Source of the DNA: Octopus bimaculoides
Taxonomy: Eukaryota
DNA length: 36,046 nt
Assembly (NCBI RefSeq): GCF_001194135.2
Contig: NC_069000.1
Coordinates: 8,298,409-8,334,454 of the forward strand
Direction: 5' to 3'
Shown: positions 34,738-36,046 of the stretch, piece after piece
Position numbering within the stretch: position 1 is the first letter of the stretch
Layout of the letters: every line of letters begins with the position of its first letter
Notes under the pieces: model-generated
The model's database searches: none
Told to the model about the DNA's origin: nothing
The model's input: only the letters and a program-made list of their open reading frames with translations
Program-made: the position numbers and the translations under genes

Positions 34738-34990
34738 TCAGTCATATTTTGGTTTTGTCCATCGGATCATGGTTTCTGGTGAGCGGTACAAAAATATAAG
34801 CTTAGCAAAAAGTTCCTCTTCAAGACATAAATCAGAACATTCACGAACAAGGTAGATGTCCAAGCAGAGTTTTAGGATGTTGTCGACACGGGGTAGCTCC
34901 ATAAACATGATACGAAAGGAAACTTCACTGACAAACATACGTGCAAAGCGTCCGATTACAAACACCATTGACACATAGAGGCCAATTATA
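34738..34990 (-). CDS. Piezo: Piezo-type mechanosensitive ion channel, terminal coding exon (inner pore helix + C-terminal domain)
   Basis: Translation (phase 2) IIGLYVSMVFVIGRFARMFVSEVSFRIMFMELPRVDNILKLCLDIYLVRECSDLCLEEELFAKLIFLYRSPETMIRWTKPKYD* aligns without gaps to the Piezo C-terminus as I recall it (human PIEZO1 GIMGLYVSIVLVIGKFVR...IMFEELPCVDRILKLCQDIFLVRE...LEEELYAKLIFLYRSPETMIKWT). Acceptor ctcatctctctttcAG lies at 34991-34992 and TGA at 34738-34740. Upstream canonical exons were not found in the window. Confidence 0.97.
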
Positions 34991-35995
34991 CTGAAAGAGA
35001 GATGAGATTACAGTTGACAAGAACATTGCCTGAATGCAAAAACACACACACATACACACACAAGCATAAGAAAAACTAAAAACAAATTTCAAGCATATAA
35101 AAATTGAAAAACAAAGTGAAAAAAAAATTAAACAAAATATTAATTGTAAAAAGAAAAAAAGTCCCAATGGCCAAGGGGATAAAACGTCAGTCAGTTGGTT
35201 GCAGAATTTGAGTTTGTATTGCATCAAAAGCAGCACTAATTTGGTAAGATACTAAATAAATTGTGCCGTAACTCACTTAGCTGCTAGGAACAGAGCTATG
35301 AAAGAAGAGAGAATAACTCCAAGATTTGAGTTGTGAACTGGCGAGTCATAGTTAGACACTGAGATCAACTCCTCTCTCAGGAAGATGAACAAATAAATAA
35401 AAAGCTAAAACGTAACAATAAAGCTAAACTTTTCAATATGTTCAATACAACAACATTTGTAGCATTTAGTACTAGTTTTAGAATCTCTACTTCCTCTTGG
35501 ATAAGTCATTCAAGACTTGTATATTTTAACATGAAAAAAAAGGAGTAGAATGTAGCTTCTAGTGTGTTAGCCTGTCATAATTAAACTCTGTCAAATGGAC
35601 TATAAGTAGACAAGGAAATTTTGATGCATTGTCCAAGAGTTAAAATACAAACATCAGCCATTGAATACAAACATGTTTTGTTGTAGAATGTCATGGTGAG
35701 CCATTTCCCCATTTGGACATTTAGAAAATAAAATTTTTTAAAGAAATTTCAGAAAAAAAACCCAAAAAAACAATAACCATGTAGACACAAAAAAACAGAA
35801 AATTTTTCCAAATTTTGTTAACCCATAAAATGTTCCCCATACATCCAAACATTTAAAGGCAAATATTTCATTTTTTTTTTTCTTTTAAATACCTATTCAG
35901 GAATTACACCAATCATTTCCAAGTGTGAGATGGAGAGAAAACTGTTATAAAGTAACAGGTACTTGGTGAAGTACCTTAATATTTTAGCTGAAGAA

Positions 35996-36046
<51 letters not shown>

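Noticed and set aside
35880-36046. Search for the canonical penultimate Piezo exon (ending ...GY-GG)
   Set aside because: All frames tested here have stops or lack the motif. The exon must lie beyond the window.

Overview
Eukaryotic, AT-rich, microsatellite-dense, gap-ridden genomic window (nine N-runs). It is probably from an octopus or other coleoid cephalopod, an inference from the recalled SINE families and the repeat landscape. The only confidently identifiable gene is the last coding exon of a Piezo mechanosensitive channel (minus strand, 34738-34990). The rest is mostly repeat-derived: tRNA-headed SINEs, decayed Tc1/mariner, RTE and RLE-type LINE fragments, a Tigger-like MITE, micro/minisatellites and a ~6.3 kb modular GA/CT fold-back satellite. 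Nearly all ORFs in the supplied track are artefacts of simple repeats or gaps. The most notable observations are two adjacent perfect long hairpins (17134-17468), the modular satellite, a Met in Piezo at the position of the pore glutamate E2495 (mouse numbering), twin LINE 3' ends in (TAA)n tracts, and a possible orphan exon beside a promoter-like segment near 15.4-16.0 kb. I see no prokaryotic-type system (CRISPR, operon). No clearly new multi-gene system can be demonstrated from sequence alone.
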